Source: TPA_inf: Saccharomyces (taxonomy: Eukaryota). Taken from it: a DNA stretch of 64,000 nt. The DNA lies in contig BK006938.2 in the NCBI GenBank assembly GCA_000146045.2, positions 1,280,001-1,344,000 of the forward strand, given 5' to 3'. The notes beneath the pieces were generated by a model. It was not told the origin of the DNA. It worked only from the letters and a program-made list of their open reading frames with translations, and made no database searches. Positions within the stretch are counted from its first letter, which is position 1; each line of letters starts with the position of its first letter. Shown piece by piece: positions 1 through 9,405 of the stretch. Position numbers and translations under genes: made by a program.

Positions 1-3000
1 GTACCAGACGCTTTTCACCGTGGCAAGGATGAAAACGCCGCAAAATCGTATCAAGGGTGTTGATAGAGAAGCGTACGCCAATCACGTGACAGAAGTTGCA
101 ATGGCCACATATGGTCTTTCGCATACAAGGGACACCAAGGTCGGAAACGATCTAGTCAGAGGTGTTTCTGGTGGTGAAAGAAAGCGTGTATCCATTGCGG
201 AAGTCGCAATCTGCGGCGCCAGATTTCAATGTTGGGATAATGCCACCAGAGGTTTGGACTCTGCTACTGCTTTAGAATTCATCCGTGCTTTAAAAACCCA
301 GGCTGACATTGGAAAGACCGCGGCTACTGTGGCCATCTATCAATGTTCTCAGGATGCTTATGATCTTTTTGATAAGGTCTGTGTCCTGGATGATGGTTAC
401 CAGCTTTATTTTGGGCCCGCTAAGGATGCAAAGAAATATTTCCAAGACATGGGCTACTATTGTCCTCCCAGACAGACCACTGCAGATTTTTTAACTTCAA
501 TTACAAGTCCTACTGAAAGAATTATTAGCAAAGAATTTATCGAAAAAGGTACTAGAGTGCCTCAAACGCCAAAGGATATGGCCGAATATTGGCTACAATC
601 AGAAAGCTACAAAAATTTAATCAAGGATATAGACTCTACATTAGAGAAAAACACAGATGAAGCACGCAATATTATCAGGGATGCTCACCACGCTAAACAG
701 GCAAAAAGGGCACCACCTTCCTCTCCATACGTTGTCAACTACGGAATGCAAGTCAAATACTTGTTGATTAGAAATTTCTGGAGAATGAAGCAAAGTGCTA
801 GTGTTACTTTGTGGCAAGTCATCGGTAACTCTGTCATGGCTTTCATCTTGGGTTCTATGTTTTATAAAGTGATGAAGAAAAACGATACTTCCACTTTCTA
901 TTTCCGTGGTGCTGCAATGTTTTTTGCTATTTTATTTAATGCATTTTCGTGTCTTTTGGAAATCTTTAGTTTGTATGAAACAAGACCTATAACTGAAAAA
1001 CACAGAACTTATTCCTTGTATCATCCAAGCGCTGACGCATTTGCGTCTGTTTTGTCAGAAATGCCGCCAAAATTGATCACTGCTGTCTGCTTCAACATCA
1101 TCTTTTATTTCCTAGTTGATTTCAGGAGAAACGGTGGTGTCTTTTTCTTTTATTTTTTAATTAATGTCATTGCCACATTCACTTTATCCCATTTATTTAG
1201 ATGCGTGGGCTCCTTGACCAAAACATTACAGGAGGCCATGGTCCCCGCTTCAATGTTATTATTGGCAATTTCTATGTATACAGGGTTTGCCATCCCTAAA
1301 ACGAAGATTTTAGGTTGGTCCATTTGGATTTGGTATATCAACCCGCTAGCCTACCTGTTTGAATCTTTAATGATCAATGAATTCCATGACCGTAGATTCC
1401 CTTGTGCCCAATACATCCCTGCTGGCCCTGCTTATCAGAACATCACAGGTACTCAACGCGTCTGTTCCGCAGTTGGTGCTTATCCAGGTAACGACTATGT
1501 GTTGGGTGATGACTTCTTGAAGGAAAGTTACGATTATGAGCACAAACATAAGTGGCGTGGGTTCGGTATTGGTATGGCATATGTTGTTTTCTTTTTCTTT
1601 GTTTATCTAATTCTTTGTGAGTATAATGAAGGTGCTAAACAAAAGGGTGAAATGGTTGTGTTCCTAAGATCTAAGATCAAGCAATTGAAAAAGGAAGGTA
1701 AATTACAAGAAAAGCATAGGCCTGGAGATATTGAAAATAATGCAGGCAGTTCTCCAGATTCCGCTACAACAGAAAAAAAAATACTAGATGATAGTTCTGA
1801 GGGATCGGATAGCTCTTCAGATAATGCCGGATTAGGACTTTCCAAATCTGAAGCAATTTTCCACTGGCGTGATTTATGCTATGATGTTCCTATAAAAGGA
1901 GGTCAAAGACGTATCTTAAATAACGTAGATGGTTGGGTAAAACCAGGCACTTTGACTGCCTTAATGGGGGCGTCAGGTGCAGGTAAAACAACTTTACTGG
2001 ATTGTTTGGCTGAAAGAGTCACCATGGGTGTTATTACTGGTAATATTTTTGTCGATGGTCGTCTCCGTGACGAATCATTCCCTAGATCTATTGGTTATTG
2101 TCAACAACAGGATTTACATTTGAAAACGGCTACAGTAAGAGAATCTTTGAGATTTTCAGCTTATTTACGTCAGCCTTCGTCAGTTTCTATTGAAGAAAAA
2201 AATAGGTACGTGGAAGAAGTTATCAAAATTTTGGAAATGCAACAATATTCAGATGCTGTTGTTGGTGTTGCAGGTGAAGGTCTAAATGTCGAACAAAGAA
2301 AAAGACTTACTATTGGTGTTGAACTAGCGGCAAGGCCTAAACTTTTGGTTTTTTTGGATGAACCAACTTCAGGCCTGGATTCACAAACTGCTTGGGACAC
2401 TTGCCAACTTATGAGGAAACTAGCTACCCACGGTCAAGCAATTTTGTGTACTATCCATCAACCTTCTGCTATATTAATGCAGCAGTTTGATAGATTATTA
2501 TTTTTACAGAAAGGGGGCCAAACTGTATATTTCGGCGATTTAGGTGAAGGGTGCAAAACTATGATCGATTATTTTGAAAGTAAAGGAGCTCACAAATGTC
2601 CACCTGATGCAAACCCTGCCGAATGGATGTTAGAGGTTGTAGGTGCCGCTCCTGGTTCTCACGCTACGCAAGATTATAATGAAGTCTGGAGAAACTCAGA
2701 TGAATACAAAGCTGTTCAGGAAGAATTGGATTGGATGGAAAAGAATTTACCAGGCAGGTCAAAAGAACCAACTGCAGAAGAACATAAACCTTTTGCTGCA
2801 TCTTTATACTACCAATTTAAAATGGTTACCATTCGTTTGTTCCAACAATACTGGAGATCACCAGATTATTTATGGTCGAAATTTATTTTGACTATTTTCA
2901 ACCAAGTTTTTATTGGGTTCACTTTTTTCAAGGCTGACAGAAGTTTACAGGGACTACAAAACCAAATGTTATCAATATTCATGTATACGGTTATTTTCAA

Positions 3001-3799
3001 TCCTATACTACAACAGTATCTACCATCTTTCGTGCAGCAAAGGGATTTGTATGAGGCAAGAGAACGTCCTTCAAGAACATTTTCGTGGCTTGCGTTTTTC
3101 CTCTCTCAAATCATTGTTGAAATCCCATGGAATATTTTAGCGGGTACGATTGCTTATTGTATTTACTATTACGCGGTTGGATTTTATGCGAACGCCTCAG
3201 CTGCTGGTCAACTCCATGAGAGAGGTGCTTTGTTTTGGTTATTTTCTATTGCCTTCTACGTCTACATTGGTTCGATGGGTTTGTTAATGATTTCTTTCAA
3301 TGAAGTTGCTGAAACAGCGGCACATATGGGAACGCTATTGTTCACGATGGCATTATCTTTCTGTGGTGTTATGGCTACCCCTAAGGTTATGCCAAGATTT
3401 TGGATCTTTATGTATAGAGTGTCACCCCTAACTTATATGATCGATGCATTATTAGCCCTTGGTGTGGCTAATGTGGACGTTAAGTGTTCAAATTATGAAA
3501 TGGTAAAATTTACTCCACCATCTGGAACCACCTGCGGTGACTATATGGCATCATATATCAAGTTGGCCGGAACAGGCTACTTGAGTGACCCGTCTGCAAC
3601 AGATATATGTAGTTTCTGTGCGGTATCCACCACCAATGCCTTTTTGGCCACTTTCAGTTCTCATTATTACAGAAGATGGAGAAATTACGGTATTTTTATC
3701 TGCTATATTGCTTTTGATTATATCGCTGCAACATTCTTGTATTGGTTATCCAGGGTACCCAAGAAGAACGGTAAGATTTCCGAAAAACCCAAGAAGTGA
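1..3799 (+). CDS. PDR15: PDR-family full-size ABC transporter, C-terminal ~1265 codons (5' end lies outside the window)
   Basis: The frame is open to the left window edge; the track's M at position 20 is a GTG and there is no upstream stop. The protein shows a degenerate NBD1 signature VSGGERKRVSIAE, a six-TM block, NBD2 Walker A GASGAGKTT, an ABC signature NVEQRKRLTIGVEL, Walker B LLVFLDEPTSGLD and a second six-TM block. Its position upstream of TRS120 and ADE8 argues for PDR15 rather than the paralogue PDR5. The stop codon is at 3797-3799. Confidence 0.85.
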   Translation, partial: YQTLFTVARMKTPQNRIKGVDREAYANHVTEVAMATYGLSHTRDTKVGNDLVRGVSGGERKRVSIAEVAICGARFQCWDNATRGLDSATALEFIRALKTQADIGKTAATVAIYQCSQDAYDLFDKVCVLDDGYQLYFGPAKDAKKYFQDMGYYCPPRQTTADFLTSITSPTERIISKEFIEKGTRVPQTPKDMAEYWLQSESYKNLIKDIDSTLEKNTDEARNIIRDAHHAKQAKRAPPSSPYVVNYGMQVKYLLIRNFWRMKQSASVTLWQVIGNSVMAFILGSMFYKVMKKNDTSTFYFRGAAMFFAILFNAFSCLLEIFSLYETRPITEKHRTYSLYHPSADAFASVLSEMPPKLITAVCFNIIFYFLVDFRRNGGVFFFYFLINVIATFTLSHLFRCVGSLTKTLQEAMVPASMLLLAISMYTGFAIPKTKILGWSIWIWYINPLAYLFESLMINEFHDRRFPCAQYIPAGPAYQNITGTQRVCSAVGAYPGNDYVLGDDFLKESYDYEHKHKWRGFGIGMAYVVFFFFVYLILCEYNEGAKQKGEMVVFLRSKIKQLKKEGKLQEKHRPGDIENNAGSSPDSATTEKKILDDSSEGSDSSSDNAGLGLSKSEAIFHWRDLCYDVPIKGGQRRILNNVDGWVKPGTLTALMGASGAGKTTLLDCLAERVTMGVITGNIFVDGRLRDESFPRSIGYCQQQDLHLKTATVRESLRFSAYLRQPSSVSIEEKNRYVEEVIKILEMQQYSDAVVGVAGEGLNVEQRKRLTIGVELAARPKLLVFLDEPTSGLDSQTAWDTCQLMRKLATHGQAILCTIHQPSAILMQQFDRLLFLQKGGQTVYFGDLGEGCKTMIDYFESKGAHKCPPDANPAEWMLEVVGAAPGSHATQDYNEVWRNSDEYKAVQEELDWMEKNLPGRSKEPTAEEHKPFAASLYYQFKMVTIRLFQQYWRSPDYLWSKFILTIFNQVFIGFTFFKADRSLQGLQNQMLSIFMYTVIFNPILQQYLPSFVQQRDLYEARERPSRTFSWLAFFLSQIIVEIPWNILAGTIAYCIYYYAVGFYANASAAGQLHERGALFWLFSIAFYVYIGSMGLLMISFNEVAETAAHMGTLLFTMALSFCGVMATPKVMPRFWIFMYRVSPLTYMIDALLALGVANVDVKCSNYEMVKFTPPSGTTCGDYMASYIKLAGTGYLSDPSATDICSFCAVSTTNAFLATFSSHYYRRWRNYGIFICYIAFDYIAATFLYWLSRVPKKNGKISEKPKK

Positions 3800-4068
3800 T
3801 GACGTTATTTTCCTTTTTTTTAGTTATATTATCTTTTTATTATATTCTATTCTCTCTACTGGGGAGAAATTACTTAATTTTCATTTATATTAAAATAATA
3901 CCTACTGTTTCATACTTTCACTTTAACCACCATTTCTTTAAGCTAAAGTTTAGGAACGCTAAACATATCATTGTTTACTTTTCGAGGAAACATAACTTTC
4001 AACATCAGGCTCTTTTCGTTTTATATTATCTATATTCTATATAGTAGTTTATAGAAATGCATTTAACA

Positions 4069-7000
4069 CTAAATAACAGACAAGATAACGTTTTCAGAGT
4101 CGAACTGGATTATTCCATCTTGGTTGTTTGATTTGGAGATGCAAACGCTAAACTCGTACCGGCCTTTTTCAATTGGAATAATTTCTAAGTTAATTTCAGA
4201 AACTTTGGTTGTACTGATTGGTTTAGTTAACGAACCATTATACAAAATTCGTCTGTTCGATCTTGGTAATATTTTTGATGTCTTGCTGTCGAAAATCACG
4301 ATGTCCAAAAAATTTACAGTAGAATTTTGTTTTCTTCTACATGTACTAGTCGGCTCTGTTATTATCTTCAAGTTTATTATTTCCCCTACTTTGACTTTTG
4401 GCTCATCAAGCAATAGCTGCACTCCGTAAAATAATCTCCCGGGGTATATCGTGTAGACCATCTTGTGATCAAACTTTTCTATGAACTTATTGAAATCCAC
4501 CGAACCTGTTACAGATTGGTCTGTGGTTAATTTCCAGTTACATTTAAGCTTTGAAATGATATGTTCGCGACACCAAAATTTTTGTCTCATTTCTATAGTC
4601 TGTTCTTCGTTTAAACCACTTTGAATAAATTGTCGGCCTGGATAGATTCTTGGTATAGGTGTATTCTCAAAATTATACTTTTTGTAATCAATTTTTTTAA
4701 TAGGAACAATAATTCTCGAGGTATGGCTTGCCTCTACATGATACTCATTACTAGTGAAATCTTCAAATTGAACATTCAATTTTATTCCGTCAATCCAAGA
4801 ATTTCTGAAGTCTAATAATAACAATATAAAATCTCTAGAGTGGAGGTTAGATTCTGCACGTATTTTGCTCATTACATACTCAATCCAATCAACATTTTCA
4901 ACTTGCGAGCTGAAGAGTTCATTTAGCGGTATGATGTCCATACTTGGTACTTCAATTGTTCTTCTCAATGTTACTTCATATGGTATTGATAACTTTTTTA
5001 AATAAATGCAGGATTCATCAGTAGCGCTCATACCGTATTCGATCAATAAGTCAAATCCGGTGAAATTAAATGGAACAGCAGTATTATCTAATTCCAAATC
5101 AAATGTGATGGTTTCATTTGGCTTGATTACCGTTGGTAATTTAATAATACGTACACAAGACTTAGAGAGCCAATCTAGCTGTTTTTCCATGATGTACAAG
5201 TCATCTGGTGGCATTTTTTTCCAATAATCAGGTTTCAACATTTGCTCAATATTATTCATTGGTATGATCTTAATATGATTTATTGCACAGCTCAGTGATT
5301 TATTTCTCACCGTTATATGAAAATCAGTTTTGGTACCATCCAGCATCATCCATGAGTTTCTTGTCATCTTGGAAGTACTCAATAGTTCTAATTGTGGTTG
5401 TTCAGGCAGGATTTTAATTTTTAATTTTCCGTATATACATTTACTGTATTCTGCCTCTTCTTCAACAGGATTCGATCTTCTAGAATCGTTTATAATATCG
5501 AATTTCTGAAGCGGTAGTTTTAGGATAGAGATTTTTAGGCATGAAATCTCGTAGATTTTTTTGTATGTTGGCTTTTTAATAATCAAAGGCAATGTGATGG
5601 ATCTTATTGACTCGGCTTTAACATTATATGGCCCTGAATAACTTACAGCTTTTCTATCAATCTCACAAAATTCAGATATTTCCTCATCTAGTTGAATATC
5701 ATTGATCGTAAAATCAAATTTGAAAGGATTTTGAACCCTGCAGGTGAATTCAGCCTTATCGCCAACTAAAAATACTAAAATAGGAACTTTGGTGCTGTTA
5801 TTAGAAACAAAAGAAGTTGGTTGAACCCGTTTGAAAGGGTTGAAAACTTCCTGCGGATTAATATCCTGTGTCTTTTGTCTATTTTCTAGGCTTTCAAGGC
5901 TGCTAACATCTGACTCTAATGGGATTTCGTTTGAAGTGGGGTCACTATCCAATATTCTATTTATAACAACTTCCCTCAGAATGAAGGGATCCCAATAACT
6001 TGTGATAGACTCGTTGGTAATTGATGGTTGAATATATTCTTTAAACAAGGCATCTTGTTCCGACTGATTTAACAGATGCGTATATTTCGTAATTAGTATC
6101 GAGCTAAATTTAGCGACATATTCGAAGTCATTGATTTTTCTTGAAACTTTAATGCATAGTTGTAGGATCTTTTTCTGTAGGATCAACCAAGTAGATTGAG
6201 ACGGATCATCTACATTGATTTTGGCCTCGCTTTCATTGATGTTGAGGAGTTCTATGATGGTATCTATCAAGGTCCTGTAGTCAGGATGCCATGCTATCTT
6301 ATTCGGAGTCGCCAAAAGAGCAACCATCAGCAATCTTAACACGAATAATTGCTTTCTTTTGTATCCCAAAAGGCGATAAACTTCCGCCATAGTAGAGTAT
6401 ATTTTAATTTGAGCCTCAACTTGCATTTCCTTCAATTGTAATTCGAACAATTTATTGCTATAGAAATAAACTTCAAACCTTGGGAACATCGGACTATTAG
6501 GGATATCTGACAAGGCCCTGTGTTGGTTTTTCACAATATTGTCCAGAACGTCCTTTGAAAACTCTGAACTCTTATAACACGATGTCATGAAAGTTAAAGT
6601 CTTCAGTAAAAACTCGCAATAAACCACTTGCGGAGCATATTCACTATTGTGCATCAAACTTAAATCATAATAATACAAGACTTTGTCAGATATGCATTTA
6701 ATTAATAACGGGAGGTTGATGTTTTCTACATCAATATTTAATGCTGGGGCAGATAAAGACATAATGGAATTTCTAGGTGACTGCATAGCAGCTATAGATA
6801 TGCTGTTCCTTGGTGTGCTTGACGCCGTCGTGCTTGCTGTGGCTTTACTATTGGAATCTACAGGCGAAATCCCCGTTGAGCTAGATTCAAAATTGAGCTT
6901 CTCCACAGGACAAATGAGACTCACAATTTGTGGAATCTGGTATGACAAACCGAGATAAGATAGAAGTAAAAAGCAGATCGAAATACCGTCAAGAGCAGAA

Positions 7001-7938
7001 CCCAACCATAAGTAGTCACGCACTTTGTACAAAGTTGTGATCGCATCAACAAAGCTGTTCAACGCATCAACGTACCTTCCTGCCAGCAATTGGAAATTGC
7101 CCAAAATTTTCATTTGTCTGCCCAATGATTTTTGTTGAGACCTATTCTCAGATGTGGAAAGCGTGGTAGCTAGCTTTAGAGAAGCGGATCTCTTTAAACT
7201 ATTGGTAGTCATCTCAAAGGAAGATAACCTCTTAGAAGCAGTAGTAACTGAGCCTGCCTTCGATGAACTTGAGACGGAAGATTGTACCGCTGACATGGGT
7301 GTGCTGGATGACGAAGATGTGTAACTGTTCTGTCTTATTAGAGTTGTTTTCAATACCGCATTCCCACCAATCGCACCCGGCGACCTCAAAGTAACATGTT
7401 TATAGGAAGAGTAATAGCTGTTCAATGCGGTTAAAAAGTTCCTTGCTATGTCGCACATAATCGTTTCTATGTTTTTCTGCATATCTGGAGAAGATGCGAA
7501 TACATTTTCCATCGTATCTATGGTTTGCTCAAGCTCTTTAGTGGGTGTAGATGAAGCGTACACCAAATTCGGTGAAATCAAAGTTGGATACTTCTCCTTC
7601 ATGAAATTCAAATTGGTCAAGGGGTCACTGTAATCGTTTACCAGCCCAATAATGACAAATGTTTTCCGAAATGGCTCAAAATCATACAGAAACAACTCCA
7701 ATGCATCGTCATGATCTATGGTCAAGAAGTCGAAAAATAACTTCCCATGTGGAAAGCCTTGCGGTGTGAAGATAGGGCTGTCAATGGGGGTTACATCAGA
7801 CAGATGAATTTCGTTGAATTCAGAAAGTTTCTGTACCGCATTATTAAACTCTTTTCGCGTCCAATGGCCAATTGGTATCACTAAGGTCCTAATCTTAGAT
7901 GGGCCAACATAGCTTGGGAAATGCTTAAGAATATTCAT
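4069..7938 (-). CDS. TRS120: TRAPPII complex subunit (1289 aa)
   Basis: The track ORF 4069..7974 starts at a GTG. The first ATG (cat at 7936-7938) gives 1289 codons beginning MNILKHFPSY. A Ser/Thr-rich low-complexity centre is present. It lies between PDR15 and ADE8 as on chromosome IV. Confidence 0.8.
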   Translation of the reverse strand: MNILKHFPSYVGPSKIRTLVIPIGHWTRKEFNNAVQKLSEFNEIHLSDVTPIDSPIFTPQGFPHGKLFFDFLTIDHDDALELFLYDFEPFRKTFVIIGLVNDYSDPLTNLNFMKEKYPTLISPNLVYASSTPTKELEQTIDTMENVFASSPDMQKNIETIMCDIARNFLTALNSYYSSYKHVTLRSPGAIGGNAVLKTTLIRQNSYTSSSSSTPMSAVQSSVSSSSKAGSVTTASKRLSSFEMTTNSLKRSASLKLATTLSTSENRSQQKSLGRQMKILGNFQLLAGRYVDALNSFVDAITTLYKVRDYLWLGSALDGISICFLLLSYLGLSYQIPQIVSLICPVEKLNFESSSTGISPVDSNSKATASTTASSTPRNSISIAAMQSPRNSIMSLSAPALNIDVENINLPLLIKCISDKVLYYYDLSLMHNSEYAPQVVYCEFLLKTLTFMTSCYKSSEFSKDVLDNIVKNQHRALSDIPNSPMFPRFEVYFYSNKLFELQLKEMQVEAQIKIYSTMAEVYRLLGYKRKQLFVLRLLMVALLATPNKIAWHPDYRTLIDTIIELLNINESEAKINVDDPSQSTWLILQKKILQLCIKVSRKINDFEYVAKFSSILITKYTHLLNQSEQDALFKEYIQPSITNESITSYWDPFILREVVINRILDSDPTSNEIPLESDVSSLESLENRQKTQDINPQEVFNPFKRVQPTSFVSNNSTKVPILVFLVGDKAEFTCRVQNPFKFDFTINDIQLDEEISEFCEIDRKAVSYSGPYNVKAESIRSITLPLIIKKPTYKKIYEISCLKISILKLPLQKFDIINDSRRSNPVEEEAEYSKCIYGKLKIKILPEQPQLELLSTSKMTRNSWMMLDGTKTDFHITVRNKSLSCAINHIKIIPMNNIEQMLKPDYWKKMPPDDLYIMEKQLDWLSKSCVRIIKLPTVIKPNETITFDLELDNTAVPFNFTGFDLLIEYGMSATDESCIYLKKLSIPYEVTLRRTIEVPSMDIIPLNELFSSQVENVDWIEYVMSKIRAESNLHSRDFILLLLDFRNSWIDGIKLNVQFEDFTSNEYHVEASHTSRIIVPIKKIDYKKYNFENTPIPRIYPGRQFIQSGLNEEQTIEMRQKFWCREHIISKLKCNWKLTTDQSVTGSVDFNKFIEKFDHKMVYTIYPGRLFYGVQLLLDEPKVKVGEIINLKIITEPTSTCRRKQNSTVNFLDIVIFDSKTSKILPRSNRRILYNGSLTKPISTTKVSEINLEIIPIEKGRYEFSVCISKSNNQDGIIQFDSENVILSVI

Positions 7939-8214
7939 GGTTTTTGTCTCCCTGTAACAGGTTGTGAGCCGCACCTTAAACCAGTTATACTAGAACCGTT
8001 TAAACTACAATCTGGCCTGATTTTAGTTTTGCAATAACACGATTAAGCGTTTACACATGCACATTCATATATAAGTATACGTATTTACACACATTTTATT
8101 CGAAACCTTTAAGATCGTTTTGTCACAATCCATGATCATGATTTACGACGCGAGATGTTTCGCGCCTCACTTTGAAGAATGCCAAATATAAAAGTATAAA
8201 TATGGGAACTATTC

Positions 8215-8859
8215 TTATTTGTGAAGCTGCTGTAAAACCTTATATGTAGCTTCTACAATCGCGATGTGCTCAGCATCGTGTACCCTTTGCTCGTACTGCT
8301 CTAGTGTTTCTTCGCCAGGTATGATTTCTAGCTTTTTTACCACCAATGGCTCACCCTTGTCGACCTCCTCGATGACATAGTGCACCATGCATCCGGCCGT
8401 CAGAGGCTTGTTCTCGTCCTGACATTTGCGCCATGCCATTTCAATTGCGTGTGTGGTACCATCGAAACAACCTGGTAGCGCTGGATGCAGATTTAATATC
8501 GGCACAGATTGCAGTTGGCTCAAGAAAGTAGATCCAAGGATCAATAACCAGCCCGCGCAGATGATAACGTCAGGCTTTTCCTCGAGCACTAGTTTTGCGA
8601 GGTCGTTCTCAAACTGGGATCTTGCCTTGGCCCTTGCGGCTTTGTCCTCCTTCGCAATACCCTTTGTATATGGGTATAGCGAACAAACCTTTGTGGGGAT
8701 ATTATTGTCCGCTGCCCTAGTTAACCCGTATGCCTTCTTGCTGGAAGATATGACAGAGACAATATGAGCATCCTCGCCTAATTGGCCCTGCTTTTGGGCA
8801 TCGATCAAGGCTTGCAAGTTGGAACCTGAGCCCGAAATTAATACGACAATTCTGGCCAT
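8215..8859 (-). CDS. ADE8: phosphoribosylglycinamide (GAR) formyltransferase, purine biosynthesis
   Basis: The 214-aa ORF starts MARIVVLISGSGSNLQALIDA and carries the GAR-Tfase folate-binding region VIICAGWLLIL...NLHPALP. The size and sequence match yeast Ade8. Confidence 0.92.
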   Translation of the reverse strand: MARIVVLISGSGSNLQALIDAQKQGQLGEDAHIVSVISSSKKAYGLTRAADNNIPTKVCSLYPYTKGIAKEDKAARAKARSQFENDLAKLVLEEKPDVIICAGWLLILGSTFLSQLQSVPILNLHPALPGCFDGTTHAIEMAWRKCQDENKPLTAGCMVHYVIEEVDKGEPLVVKKLEIIPGEETLEQYEQRVHDAEHIAIVEATYKVLQQLHK

Positions 8860-9020
8860 AGCTTTTGGAAAGATTATTGATGTGTGTTGGCTCTCACCTG
8901 CGCTTGCTGCAAGTTAAATCATCAACCTTGAGGCTAGGAGCGTTATTCAACTTTAGAAGTGTCTTCTCTTCATAAACTACTCTATATAACTTTCCTCTTG
9001 CTGGAATAAAAAACAGGTCA

Positions 9021-9040
9021 GAGTCACTAGCAACGAGTCA
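9021..9040 (-). promoter_or_regulatory. two TGACTC (Gcn4/Bas1-type) elements in the ADE8 promoter
   Basis: The plus strand reads gagtcactagcaacgagtca, which is TGACTC twice on the ADE8 (minus) strand about 165-180 bp upstream of the ADE8 ATG. Purine-pathway promoters are known to use TGACTC for Bas1/Pho2 and Gcn4. Confidence 0.55.
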
Positions 9041-9405
9041 CTCATTCGAATCCTTGCTGACGCTTTTAGTCTTTATGCTGAAATCTATCTTCGAAGTCGG
9101 AAGGAAAATGCATTTTTAAACTATCACTAGAACTACCATTTTAGAGCGAGCAGAAGGTTCCTCTTTTCTTAAACAAGTATAATTTTCCTTTTTGGATTGT
9201 ACTTTATATTCTTACACTAAACGGCCCCTAGATGTCACCTGAGCTGTAGTCAATGTATACACCCATTCACCGCACCAGATAGTAAGTTGAAAAGTGTATC
9301 ATCTTTAATATGAATATGAAAGAATGAAGTGGAGTTCATCCATATTTCACAAGAAAAGAAGACTCCAACTCAAACAGTTGAGTGTTCCATATACATTCTG
9401 TTTCA

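Noticed and set aside
3800-4068. AT-rich convergent PDR15/TRS120 3' intergenic region with a 10/11 ACS-like match (ATTTATATTAA) as a replication origin
   Set aside because: A single near-match in 270 bp of AT-rich terminator DNA is expected by chance, and no B elements are discernible. I list the larger 22.1-23.2 kb interval instead.
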